From a virus: 64,000 bases of DNA. Made by a program: the position numbers and the translations under genes. Position 1 is the first letter of the stretch, and each line of letters opens with the position of its first letter. The notes below the pieces were generated by a model, which had not been told where the DNA came from, made no database searches, and saw nothing but the letters and a program-made list of their open reading frames with translations. The stretch is from the IMG/VR virus record IMGVR_UViG_3300025133_000066, positions 1 through 64,000 of that record. The stretch is one strand, 5' to 3'. Of this stretch, positions 19,667-28,208 are shown in pieces.

Positions 19667-20053
19667 TTACCGCAGAGCTTCTAAAAACTGCTCTTCGCCG
19701 TATTTGGTGAGAAATGCTTTTATGGCTTTTAAATAGTCTTCGATCGTGTAATCTCCACTGACCATCAAGTCGGACTCAAGATCGTCATATCCCGGAGCCT
19801 CACCATCTGCGGGCATGTCCTTAAGCCAATGATCTTCATCTTCTTCTTCAATCGCGGCCTCCAACTTGTCGAACAATTGTTGTTTTAAATTAAATAATTT
19901 ACTAGAATCAGCAGTAGATCTAGTATCCTGTGGTTCTGAGCCTCTTCCGATGCCCATCTCCCGGTTCATTCCGCCCATCATTTTAGTTTCTGACAGGACG
20001 TTTCTAACCTCTTCTTTAATAATCTTTCTCAATTGTTTTGATGTAAGTTTCAT
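19667..20053 (-). CDS. Leader-bearing acidic protein (putative internal head protein)
   Basis: N-terminus MKLTSKQLRKIIKEEVRNVLSE. Confidence 0.65.
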   Translation of the reverse strand: MKLTSKQLRKIIKEEVRNVLSETKMMGGMNREMGIGRGSEPQDTRSTADSSKLFNLKQQLFDKLEAAIEEEDEDHWLKDMPADGEAPGYDDLESDLMVSGDYTIEDYLKAIKAFLTKYGEEQFLEALR

Positions 20054-20598
20054 TTTTCTTTTCCTTCAAGCATGTAGCTCATCCAATATGGCTGATAAGT
20101 ATATCCGGGCTTGATTGAACCCTTTTCAGAGGCTTGCGGCACTTCACCAAGTTCTGTAGAGTCTTGATCTGTCGGATGTGTATAATAATTGTCAAGCATT
20201 TGTTCATAATCATCGATGTAATCATAATATGGTTTTTCTTCTTTTAAGAACTTATAAATACCATAAATTGTATAATCTACTGGATTTATTTCTTTATTTT
20301 TAGAAGTCGGAATTAAACCCTCCAATGATCCATAAACGCTGCCTCCTCTGATTGACTCATATTCGACAACACCATTTCGTTTTAAAAATTCAAATAGTCT
20401 ATTTTGAGCCTCGTAAACGGTTTCAGAATAATCATTCTTGGCAAAAGTTACAACCTTGCTCTTAGTCGGCATAATTACGATATCCATCTCTTCGTGATCA
20501 AAGATCATAATATTTCCATCAAGAGATTTTCTAGCTTTTAATTCTAAAGTAATTTTCTCTTGGCGCGCTGCTTTTCCAATCTGGATTGTAATTGCCAT
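20050..20598 (-). CDS. Hypothetical protein (182 aa)
   Basis: Translationally coupled ORF in the head operon. Confidence 0.7.
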   Translation of the reverse strand: MAITIQIGKAARQEKITLELKARKSLDGNIMIFDHEEMDIVIMPTKSKVVTFAKNDYSETVYEAQNRLFEFLKRNGVVEYESIRGGSVYGSLEGLIPTSKNKEINPVDYTIYGIYKFLKEEKPYYDYIDDYEQMLDNYYTHPTDQDSTELGEVPQASEKGSIKPGYTYQPYWMSYMLEGKEK

Positions 20599-21417
20599 TT
20601 AAGCCAGTTCCTTAACGAGACCTTGAATTTTTAAAATATCATGAACAAATTTATTATCCAAGACTCTCTTTGATGTCGTTTCCAAAATTTTAATAACTTT
20701 TTTTGTCTTTTCCACCATATCTTGATCATTTTTGATTTCTTTCAAATTAAGAGAATTTTTGACGATATTTGTAAGTCTGGGGATTTCCTCATTCAAAAAC
20801 ATCTTCAATTCGATACCGTGATCAGCAAAGGAACCGATATATTTACTCAATAATTCTTTTTGTTCTTTTATTAGCTTATTAGAATACTTCTCATTAAACT
20901 TTTGAACAAATGTTTTATAAGTTAGGTTGTCAATTGGTTTTAAAAATTCTTTTTCGCGCTCTTCTTCGGTAATCATAATGTTGATCATATGATTTTCCAA
21001 CAATACTCTTTGTTTTGTTTTTACTTTTGGATTAAAAATTTGAAAAACTGTTGCCAAATCTCTATAATTTGGAATAAAATTGGAAAATGCCTCTGGAGAT
21101 ATAAATTTATTTATTTTGTCGATTATCGCCGTCTGTTCTTTGAAAAGCTCTCGATGATTGATAGTCTTTTTCTGCATTCTTGATTCGAAAATTAATCTTT
21201 CCGCTGTATGTCTCTCGACGTTTTTGGTGTCCAGAATTGATTTATAAATATCCATATCCTTAGCCAAAACAGTATTTCCCCTAAAGTGTTCCTTAATGAG
21301 CTTCATAATAATTTTTTTCTTATTATCATTTTTTTCCATAATGGTTTTGGCCAGTTCCCTGATTAGCACCTCGAAAATAAAAGCGCTATTGCGCTTCTTA
21401 TTGTGTTTCATTTTCAT
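20599..21417 (-). CDS. Hypothetical helical protein next to the portal (272 aa)
   Basis: Overlaps the portal stop; long ORF. Confidence 0.7.
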   Translation of the reverse strand: MKMKHNKKRNSAFIFEVLIRELAKTIMEKNDNKKKIIMKLIKEHFRGNTVLAKDMDIYKSILDTKNVERHTAERLIFESRMQKKTINHRELFKEQTAIIDKINKFISPEAFSNFIPNYRDLATVFQIFNPKVKTKQRVLLENHMINIMITEEEREKEFLKPIDNLTYKTFVQKFNEKYSNKLIKEQKELLSKYIGSFADHGIELKMFLNEEIPRLTNIVKNSLNLKEIKNDQDMVEKTKKVIKILETTSKRVLDNKFVHDILKIQGLVKELA

Positions 21418-23380
21418 CTATTTGAATCTCCAAGTTTTCTAATTCTGCGACTAAATCTTTAACTCTTGAGCTTGCTTCAAACAAAAGAGCTTCTTCTTTA
21501 TTATAATTAGGTTGTTTAGTTTCGTAAATACCCCGAGAAAGACCCATTAAATTTTCCATTCCCGGTACTATCTCTTTTGACTTTGGGAATGCTATGGCTG
21601 TATAGTTTTGTTCTCTCCCATTTCGGCCGTCGTGTCCCCTTAATTCTTTGGGAACATATCTCTTTCCTTTGGCCTTTTTTCCTAAAGAATTTTTAGTATA
21701 TCGGCGGTTTCTATCGTCACGATCATCATTTCGCTTCGCTGGGGCTGCCAAAAGGGGGCCTCCCCCCTCTTCACCGCCAAGGTCTTCACCGCCGCCGAGA
21801 TCGCCAAGATCCCCGCCGCCAAGATCCCCAAGGTCTTCACCGCCGCCAAGATCCCCAAGATCACCGCCGCCAAGATCCCCAAGATCACCGCCGCCGAGAT
21901 CCCCAATCCCTCCAGCAGCGGCTTCGCCGGCAGATTCTGCTGCGGCATTAAGTTCTGCTTCATATTTTCTATCGTGGAACATTTCTCTTTGGTTTCTAAC
22001 AAACTCCTCTTCGGAAAGACTAAAAATGTTTTGAGCAATCCAACGACGGCTAAAAAAGTTTTCGGTGGCGCCGCTGGCAATATCAAATTTTGATTTCCAG
22101 TGCTCCAATTCTTGAAGTTCGGCAATTTTGGATGGATTATTTAACTTTAATCGGAAACTTACTAAATCATCGCCTCTAAATCCCAAAGTATATAAATGAA
22201 CGATTCCAATCTTTTCCAACTCGGCAATAACAGAGCGCTGTAGTCTTTGGATGGTTCTTGCGAAGCGAACATCTTTTTGTGCAAGTGTTGTCCTATCCTC
22301 CACACTTTCTGTATCACTTGACAAATATGCGGACGGTATCTTTATCGCAGAGAACATTTTGTCTCGAAGATATTTCACATCATCAATATCACCAGTAAAT
22401 TGACCGCCAGGAAGTGACTCAATTTTAGATGATTCTCCTCCTCTAATTGGAACAAAATAGTCTTCTTCAACCGAAAGAGGGTTATATCTCAAATCGACTC
22501 TTCCCGTATTCGCATCAACAACCTGATTTCGTTTCATAGATGTAATTGTCTTTTGAATGAAGGTTTCTACATCTTGCGGGGCAATATTTCCGACATCGAT
22601 ATAAAAAACTCTTCGTTCTGCTGAACGGACAATCCGATAAGCCATCATTGCATCTTCCATAAGAACCAACTGACGCCAAATACGTCGAGCAGATTCCATC
22701 ACGGAGGTACCATATGGGGAATATTTGTCATTTCCAAGTATTCGGAAATGAGCAATTTGCCAATTTTCAAAAGTCATACCAGCAGAGTTCCACTGGTATT
22801 GGACGTAGTTTGGATTAGTAGGATCTTCGCCTTCCATCCTTTCAATCTCTTTCAGTGGGATTGGGATGACAGATTTTACACCGATACGGTCATCAATATC
22901 CATATAAAGAATAAAATCTCCGAATTTGCACATTGAGCGACACCATCCAAACAAATTATGATTAATATTTAAAACATTTTCATAAAGAGAGCGAAGAACC
23001 GCTTTGATTTCTTCGTTTGGGCACTCAATATCCATCATAGGAGAAAGAGCAGAGTGTGTTGTCATTTCATCAGCATAAATATCCATTGCGGAGGCCAATT
23101 CTGGCATATATTCCATTTGTTCATAATCAATATATCTCTCGGCTCTATTTTGTTGAGCCATGATCTTCGAATGCATGACATCAAAGGGGCTATATTCTGA
23201 TTTTTTAAATTGTTGACCACTTGCTGATCTGAAATCTGTTGAATATTTGTCAAGCGCCGTTCTTCGAATCTTTCGATTCATCTGGGTACGCCAGTTTACG
23301 ATTGGACCCGAAAATAATCTCGTTAATCTCCTAAAAAGTTCTGATTGTGAGTTATTGGGGTTTTTCTTTTGGTCGGCCAT
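21398..23380 (-). CDS. gp20: Portal protein
   Basis: ARRIWRQLVLMEDAMMAYRIVRSAERRVFYIDVGN, EDYFVP, IESLPGG, DIDDVKY. Confidence 0.96.
   Translation of the reverse strand: MADQKKNPNNSQSELFRRLTRLFSGPIVNWRTQMNRKIRRTALDKYSTDFRSASGQQFKKSEYSPFDVMHSKIMAQQNRAERYIDYEQMEYMPELASAMDIYADEMTTHSALSPMMDIECPNEEIKAVLRSLYENVLNINHNLFGWCRSMCKFGDFILYMDIDDRIGVKSVIPIPLKEIERMEGEDPTNPNYVQYQWNSAGMTFENWQIAHFRILGNDKYSPYGTSVMESARRIWRQLVLMEDAMMAYRIVRSAERRVFYIDVGNIAPQDVETFIQKTITSMKRNQVVDANTGRVDLRYNPLSVEEDYFVPIRGGESSKIESLPGGQFTGDIDDVKYLRDKMFSAIKIPSAYLSSDTESVEDRTTLAQKDVRFARTIQRLQRSVIAELEKIGIVHLYTLGFRGDDLVSFRLKLNNPSKIAELQELEHWKSKFDIASGATENFFSRRWIAQNIFSLSEEEFVRNQREMFHDRKYEAELNAAAESAGEAAAGGIGDLGGGDLGDLGGGDLGDLGGGEDLGDLGGGDLGDLGGGEDLGGEEGGGPLLAAPAKRNDDRDDRNRRYTKNSLGKKAKGKRYVPKELRGHDGRNGREQNYTAIAFPKSKEIVPGMENLMGLSRGIYETKQPNYNKEEALLFEASSRVKDLVAELENLEIQIDENETQ
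21771..21913 (-). repeat. Coding tandem repeat, 24/27-bp units encoding GGG(E)DLGDL, in the portal C-terminal tail
   Basis: Repeated ccgccgccaagatccccaagatca-like units, about 5-6 copies. Confidence 0.9.
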
Positions 23381-23383
23381 TCT

Positions 23384-24973
23384 TTATCCTTTTATTAACC
23401 AAGAATATTGTTCATAATCTTCTTTTGCTTTAAACATCTTCTCATCTAATGCTTCTTTTCTATTATATCCCTGCATTCCTGGGATTGTTGTATTAATTTT
23501 TGTATTAACTCTAATCATGGAATCCAAACACGCCTTTTTATATTCTAATTCTCTCTTATTAACACTCAATGCTGTATCCCTCACCCAACAACCAATTGCT
23601 AATGCCATAATAAGGTCATCATTATATCCCCTCATCGCCTGAGGTTTGCCATTGTGCCAAATAAAAGTTCGCAATTCGTTAGAAAAGCGAACCGAATATA
23701 CTTTAATTAGTTTGTTTCTAATGAATTCTTCTAATTTTGCAACGATAAGAGGTCGGGTTTTTAAAGATGTTGTAAATCCTGGGACAGCAGAGTTGTTCGT
23801 TGCTCCCTGGTGGCTATCTACATATTCATGGGTACCCTTTATCGAATAATATAAATTCGGATATTGCAACTCAATTAATTTTTCCAAAACGGAAATGCCA
23901 ATGCCAACATTTTCAACAACCAACAAACAATTACCATATTCTTTGCCAGCCTGCATTAAAATGCTGGAATACATATCTAAACTGGGTTTTCCTTGATACT
24001 CTGCTATAACTTCCATTGTATCTAATTTGATGATGTGAAAAACAGAATAATCTGCCCCATCTCCTCTTGCGACATCGGCAACAAGGAGGTAAGTGCATTC
24101 GGGATTATATTCTTCCCAAATCCACATATTTCTGTCAAAACTTGTTCTGTATTTAGGATCTTTAACGTTCGTTTCTACCCACGCGATATCATCCGGATGA
24201 ATAATTGTCTCGCCCGATGTATTGAAGTTACATTCAAGCTCCTGAGCGATCTCTCGTCTGGACATATTTCTTGTTTCTTTCTCAAACCATTCCTGATCTC
24301 GGTCAGGGTGAACGTCCCAATTCAGCACAACGGGGTGAAAGTCGTTTGACCCCTCCGCTGCCTCGCTATATGTCTTGTGAAACCAGTTTCCAACACCATT
24401 TGGAGTAGAAAGAGCGATCACTCGACCACCAGTTGAAATTGTAGGATACAGGCCGGCCCAAAGCTCGCTTAGGTTTTCAACGTGTGCGGCCTCATCAATC
24501 ACCAAAAGAGAAAGTGCTTCGGAACGACCAGCATCGCCGGAAGTTGAGGCTGCTTGAATTTGTGAACCGTTGGAAAGCTCGAAAGATGCCCTATTATCAA
24601 TTGATATATTGGCGATAAGAAGAAAGTCTGGGACATTTTTCATAATTGCCTTAACTTTTTTGACAAGATTGGCCGCTGTTTTGAATTTTGTGGCCATAAC
24701 AAGAATGTTCTTGTCTCTATGAAACAGCATCATCCAAACAATATAGCCAGCAGCAATAGTTGAGATGCCCAACTGGCGTGCTTTGAGGATTACATTAAAG
24801 CGGTAATCATTAAAATCTGTTAAAAGGTCAGCCTGATAGTCATAAGTCTTAAATGGAATAAGACCTTTGATCGGGTGTGAGATTCTTGCGTAATTATTTA
24901 CGAAGTAGATCGGATCTTTTCCACACTTTAGTATTTCAGCTACTATTTCCTTTTTGGAGAGTGTGTATGACAT
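23384..24973 (-). CDS. gp17: Terminase large subunit
   Basis: LKARQLGIST Walker A, LLVIDEAA Walker B, LSTPNG, ADVARGDGADYS, NDDLIMA. Confidence 0.96.
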   Translation of the reverse strand: MSYTLSKKEIVAEILKCGKDPIYFVNNYARISHPIKGLIPFKTYDYQADLLTDFNDYRFNVILKARQLGISTIAAGYIVWMMLFHRDKNILVMATKFKTAANLVKKVKAIMKNVPDFLLIANISIDNRASFELSNGSQIQAASTSGDAGRSEALSLLVIDEAAHVENLSELWAGLYPTISTGGRVIALSTPNGVGNWFHKTYSEAAEGSNDFHPVVLNWDVHPDRDQEWFEKETRNMSRREIAQELECNFNTSGETIIHPDDIAWVETNVKDPKYRTSFDRNMWIWEEYNPECTYLLVADVARGDGADYSVFHIIKLDTMEVIAEYQGKPSLDMYSSILMQAGKEYGNCLLVVENVGIGISVLEKLIELQYPNLYYSIKGTHEYVDSHQGATNNSAVPGFTTSLKTRPLIVAKLEEFIRNKLIKVYSVRFSNELRTFIWHNGKPQAMRGYNDDLIMALAIGCWVRDTALSVNKRELEYKKACLDSMIRVNTKINTTIPGMQGYNRKEALDEKMFKAKEDYEQYSWLIKG

Positions 24974-24976
24974 TGT

Positions 24977-25492
24977 TTATTCTTTGGCGAATCCGCCTTC
25001 TTTTAAGAATTTGTGGTAATTGACAGCCATCGTGTCGGTCACTGCCTCACCAAGGGTGGTAACCTGCTTCATTCCGCCAATCTTGTACATCTTGTGTGCT
25101 GTCACAAATGTTCTCACTCTTGATGTATTCTGGACAAGGCACTTTGCTTCGCCTTGTGGAGTGATTGAGAGTGATTTTCCAGTGATAGCCTTATATTCCT
25201 TCTTCAAAAAGTCTGCGATCTGTTGAATTTTGCGTTCGCATTCTTCCTCAAAGCCAACTGCATAAACAGAAGACAGGGCAACATTTGATTCATAGTTAAT
25301 TTGGAGCATGTCTCCGACAATTTTCACGCCGAAACCATCAGAAACCCGACTATCAATGATTGGGCAGCCCTCTTCCCGATTTAGACCAATCTTTTTGACA
25401 TCTCCGGTTACGAAGCGCTCGTCGTGGGATCCATCGTAGGCATTTGCTGCTGCCTGATTAATCCCTGTAATAATTTCTAATGTTGTAGCCAT
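24977..25492 (-). CDS. Hypothetical protein (171 aa)
   Basis: Coupled ORF directly upstream of the terminase. Confidence 0.7.
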   Translation of the reverse strand: MATTLEIITGINQAAANAYDGSHDERFVTGDVKKIGLNREEGCPIIDSRVSDGFGVKIVGDMLQINYESNVALSSVYAVGFEEECERKIQQIADFLKKEYKAITGKSLSITPQGEAKCLVQNTSRVRTFVTAHKMYKIGGMKQVTTLGEAVTDTMAVNYHKFLKEGGFAKE

Positions 25493-26179
25493 TTATTTAA
25501 TTCCTTTTTCTTTTTTATAAGAATTGTACTGAGCCAGGTGGGCGCCGGTAAGGCCCGGGTCCTCCGGGTTTACATATTTGTTTTTGATCATATCCTCGAT
25601 ATCACTCCTTTCGGAGCCGGGAGGCCTTAGGAGAATGTTCCTGATGTATTCTTCCACACTCTGACTGAACCACGCAACTTCATCTTCTTCGCGGTAGATC
25701 TGATTCAGGACTGGCAACGTTTTTGCCAGCCATGGCTCTTCTGTATATTGAGCGTCTCCTGCAAAAATCGCACGAAGGTGATTTACCATTTGTTTGGCCA
25801 ATTCTTCCCCGTGGGACTCCAGATATTTCTGGACACTACCCTTGCTGTCTTCCTCTTGCACATGTACAAAAGCGTGCTCCAACTCGGAATTGGGATCAAA
25901 AAGAGCCGGGAGTTCATCGATGATCTGGTCTTGGAAGTGTTTTTTGTCGTCGGCGAGCTTTGTGGCCACTTCGGCGTCAGCGTCGGCCTTCAATGTGCTA
26001 GCCGCAGACAAATAATCTCCCCACCCTTCTTTCATCAAATTATTAATTTCTTCTTTAACGATATTAGCTAATTGTGATTTTGTAAGCTTAATTTTACCAC
26101 GAAGGTGAGGGCGCCGAACGGAGACATTTTTGATTTCTTCCTTGATGAGTTTTCTCAACTGTGATTTCGTAAGTTTCAT
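25493..26179 (-). CDS. Acidic protein with a duplicated leader (putative internal head protein)
   Basis: MKLTKSQLRKLIKEEI...KIKLTKSQLANIVKEEINNLMKE. Confidence 0.7.
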   Translation of the reverse strand: MKLTKSQLRKLIKEEIKNVSVRRPHLRGKIKLTKSQLANIVKEEINNLMKEGWGDYLSAASTLKADADAEVATKLADDKKHFQDQIIDELPALFDPNSELEHAFVHVQEEDSKGSVQKYLESHGEELAKQMVNHLRAIFAGDAQYTEEPWLAKTLPVLNQIYREEDEVAWFSQSVEEYIRNILLRPPGSERSDIEDMIKNKYVNPEDPGLTGAHLAQYNSYKKEKGIK

Positions 26180-26193
26180 AATTTTTTTCCTTT

Positions 26194-26463
26194 TTATAGA
26201 CTCTGAGTTAGGGCCTCTAGGACCTCTTCTTTTGTCATTCCAGATTGCAGTGCCAGAGCACCGATGGCAAGAAGAGCATCTCTAGCACTAGTCTTTGATG
26301 TCCCGAGATCTGGAAGCTCTCCAGATTCACCACCCAATTCAGCAGCCTTTCCCCAATATTTTTCTCCTTCCGTATCTCCGAAAGCGTCAGAGGGCGCGCC
26401 TTCGATAACCTTTCCAATCTCTTCTTTGATAATTTTTCTCAATTGAAATTTTGTAAGTTTCAT
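26194..26463 (-). CDS. Leader-bearing small protein; real start likely 26463
   Basis: AAGGAA SD then MKLTKFQLRKIIKEEIGKVIE. Confidence 0.65.
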   Translation of the reverse strand: MKLTKFQLRKIIKEEIGKVIEGAPSDAFGDTEGEKYWGKAAELGGESGELPDLGTSKTSARDALLAIGALALQSGMTKEEVLEALTQSL

Positions 26464-26467
26464 TATT

Positions 26468-26848
26468 TTATTCCTTTTCGGGGCGCCATCCAGACTTCCA
26501 CCTTTCCTCGCGACCTTCGACCCACTGAATGTAGCACTTAAAACAACAATCAAATTTTGTCATATAAACATCATCACGCGAATCAAAAGAATAAGAACGA
26601 CATGTTTGACAAATCCTATTATTGTCTTTATTAATTAGTTTTTTAGATATTAAAACTCCATCAACTTCTACTTTTTCATTATTTTCTCGATGTTTTATTT
26701 CTTTTTTGTGTAATTCGCGGATTTGCTGCTGATAATCTTTTTCTTTTTCATCATCCCAGTCGGCTTTTGGGTGCTGTATTGCTTCTTTCCCATATTTCTT
26801 AGAAATAGCATTTTCATATTTGGCAACTTCATTTAAGTCTTTTTTCAT
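26468..26848 (-). CDS. Hypothetical Zn-finger protein (126 aa)
   Basis: CQTC...CCFKC. Confidence 0.65.
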   Translation of the reverse strand: MKKDLNEVAKYENAISKKYGKEAIQHPKADWDDEKEKDYQQQIRELHKKEIKHRENNEKVEVDGVLISKKLINKDNNRICQTCRSYSFDSRDDVYMTKFDCCFKCYIQWVEGREERWKSGWRPEKE

Positions 26849-27276
26849 TTATTCACCGCATATGTTATTCCAATAGTTGCCCCGACACCAATTGCAAAGC
26901 CTCCGATAACACCCCAAATAAGGGCGTTCTTTCCAGGCTTCTTTCGGATGATCTTGTTTAATTGCTCGATTTCTGTGTTTTTTAAAACTAATGTTGAATT
27001 GAATCTTTCTCTTTCTGTGTCAATTGTAATATTTAGTTGATCAATTTTAAGTTGGCATTGTGCTTTTTGCTTTTGCAGTTCGAATCCGAGTTTTAAATCA
27101 TATTCTTCTTTTAGAAACTTGTGATTTGCCAATAATCTGGCTGTTGCCTCGGGATCAAATAATGTTCCAGTAAAGGGTGCTGCCTTTCCTTCTTGAATAA
27201 AGGTAAATTTGCCATCGGCAGCTTGTGCTGAATTTAAAAAACCAAAAAGAAACAATAATGTGATTTTACTCCACAT
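26845..27276 (-). CDS. Secreted coiled-coil protein with C-terminal TM helix (spanin-like?)
   Basis: Signal peptide ending AQA/AD, coiled coil, C-terminal ALIWGVIGGFAIGVGATIG; overlaps the upstream gene. Confidence 0.45.
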   Translation of the reverse strand: MWSKITLLFLFGFLNSAQAADGKFTFIQEGKAAPFTGTLFDPEATARLLANHKFLKEEYDLKLGFELQKQKAQCQLKIDQLNITIDTERERFNSTLVLKNTEIEQLNKIIRKKPGKNALIWGVIGGFAIGVGATIGITYAVNK

Positions 27277-27667
27277 ATTCAAATCCAAAAGCCTCCTCAA
27301 TTTCTCTGGCCAACTCCTCTGGCTGCTCGTCGAAATCTCTGATGAACTTTTTTATGTCTTTTTCTTTATTTTTGCTTAAATCGGCTACCGACTCATTATA
27401 TTTTTCTGTCAGATTTATCAGATCACGCTCAAATTTGGCTATAGCCTCTTCTCGGGCGGCCAACTCTTTTTGGTGGAGAGCTTCCAATGTTGCAATCTGC
27501 TCTTCATAGCTTGTACTCATTACATCCATCGACTTTTTGAGTGATGAATAATCATTTTTTGTTATAAAAAAGAGGATAATCATAATAACCAAGCCGACAC
27601 CTTGCCAGTTTTTAATTAAGAACATGCCGACCGACTTAAATAAATCTCCAATGTTGATATTAATCAA
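27266..27667 (-). CDS. Inner-membrane-anchored coiled-coil protein (i-spanin-like)
   Basis: N-terminal TM GVGLVIMIILFFI followed by a long coiled coil. Confidence 0.5.
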   Translation of the reverse strand: MININIGDLFKSVGMFLIKNWQGVGLVIMIILFFITKNDYSSLKKSMDVMSTSYEEQIATLEALHQKELAAREEAIAKFERDLINLTEKYNESVADLSKNKEKDIKKFIRDFDEQPEELAREIEEAFGFEYVE

Positions 27668-27671
27668 TTTT

Positions 27672-27974
27672 TTATTTTATCCTTGGGTGCCATTGACGAA
27701 ATATATTTTCTACTTCGTCTTCTGTAGCAGAAGGGGAAGCCCAATCAAAATTAATATCTTGAAGGTGTGTCAAAAATATATTTTTGGTGGCTATATGACC
27801 AACACTATCAGATAGTGGATTTTCACGAGAGAGTTCTATAGCTCTTTTCATAATTCCATCAACCTTGAATTTGTGTTCAAGACTGTCTCTTTCCTCTTCC
27901 TTTTCTTGATCGCTGATCATTTCATTAAGCCCCTCTTTGATGAGCCTTCTTAACTGGGATTCTGTTAACTTCAC
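27672..27974 (-). CDS. Leader-bearing protein (GTG start)
   Basis: MKLTESQLRRLIKEGLNE. Confidence 0.65.
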   Translation of the reverse strand: MKLTESQLRRLIKEGLNEMISDQEKEEERDSLEHKFKVDGIMKRAIELSRENPLSDSVGHIATKNIFLTHLQDINFDWASPSATEDEVENIFRQWHPRIK

Positions 27975-27977
27975 CTT

Positions 27978-28178
27978 TTAAACTCCCTTTAATTTAACAA
28001 TCGCATCAATTACAGACTGGCCACCGATATATAGTGCACTCAGAATGAGCCAATCGCCACTATCGATATGAGAAGTAAACATAAGTCCAGTGGCGGCCGC
28101 CCAAACAAGCAATTTTCGGGAAACCATCTTTTCAAGTGCGATATCAATTACACCTTTTGCTGTTTCTACCATGATCAT
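27978..28178 (-). CDS. Holin-like two-TM protein
   Basis: 66 aa; SRKLLVW..; DWLILSALYIGGQ; AGGAGG SD. Confidence 0.5.
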   Translation of the reverse strand: MIMVETAKGVIDIALEKMVSRKLLVWAAATGLMFTSHIDSGDWLILSALYIGGQSVIDAIVKLKGV

Positions 28179-28208
28179 AAACCCTCCTTTTATACTCTAT
28201 AATTAGTC

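Noticed and set aside
21771-21913. CRISPR-like array
   Set aside because: Contiguous in-frame coding repeats with no unique spacers
21648-22125. Repetitive alternative-frame ORFs (PPRS.. and AAVILGIL..)
   Set aside because: By-products of the portal GGGDLGDL repeat
24977-25492. Terminase small subunit call
   Set aside because: Position fits, but no gp16-like motif is recognisable; left as hypothetical
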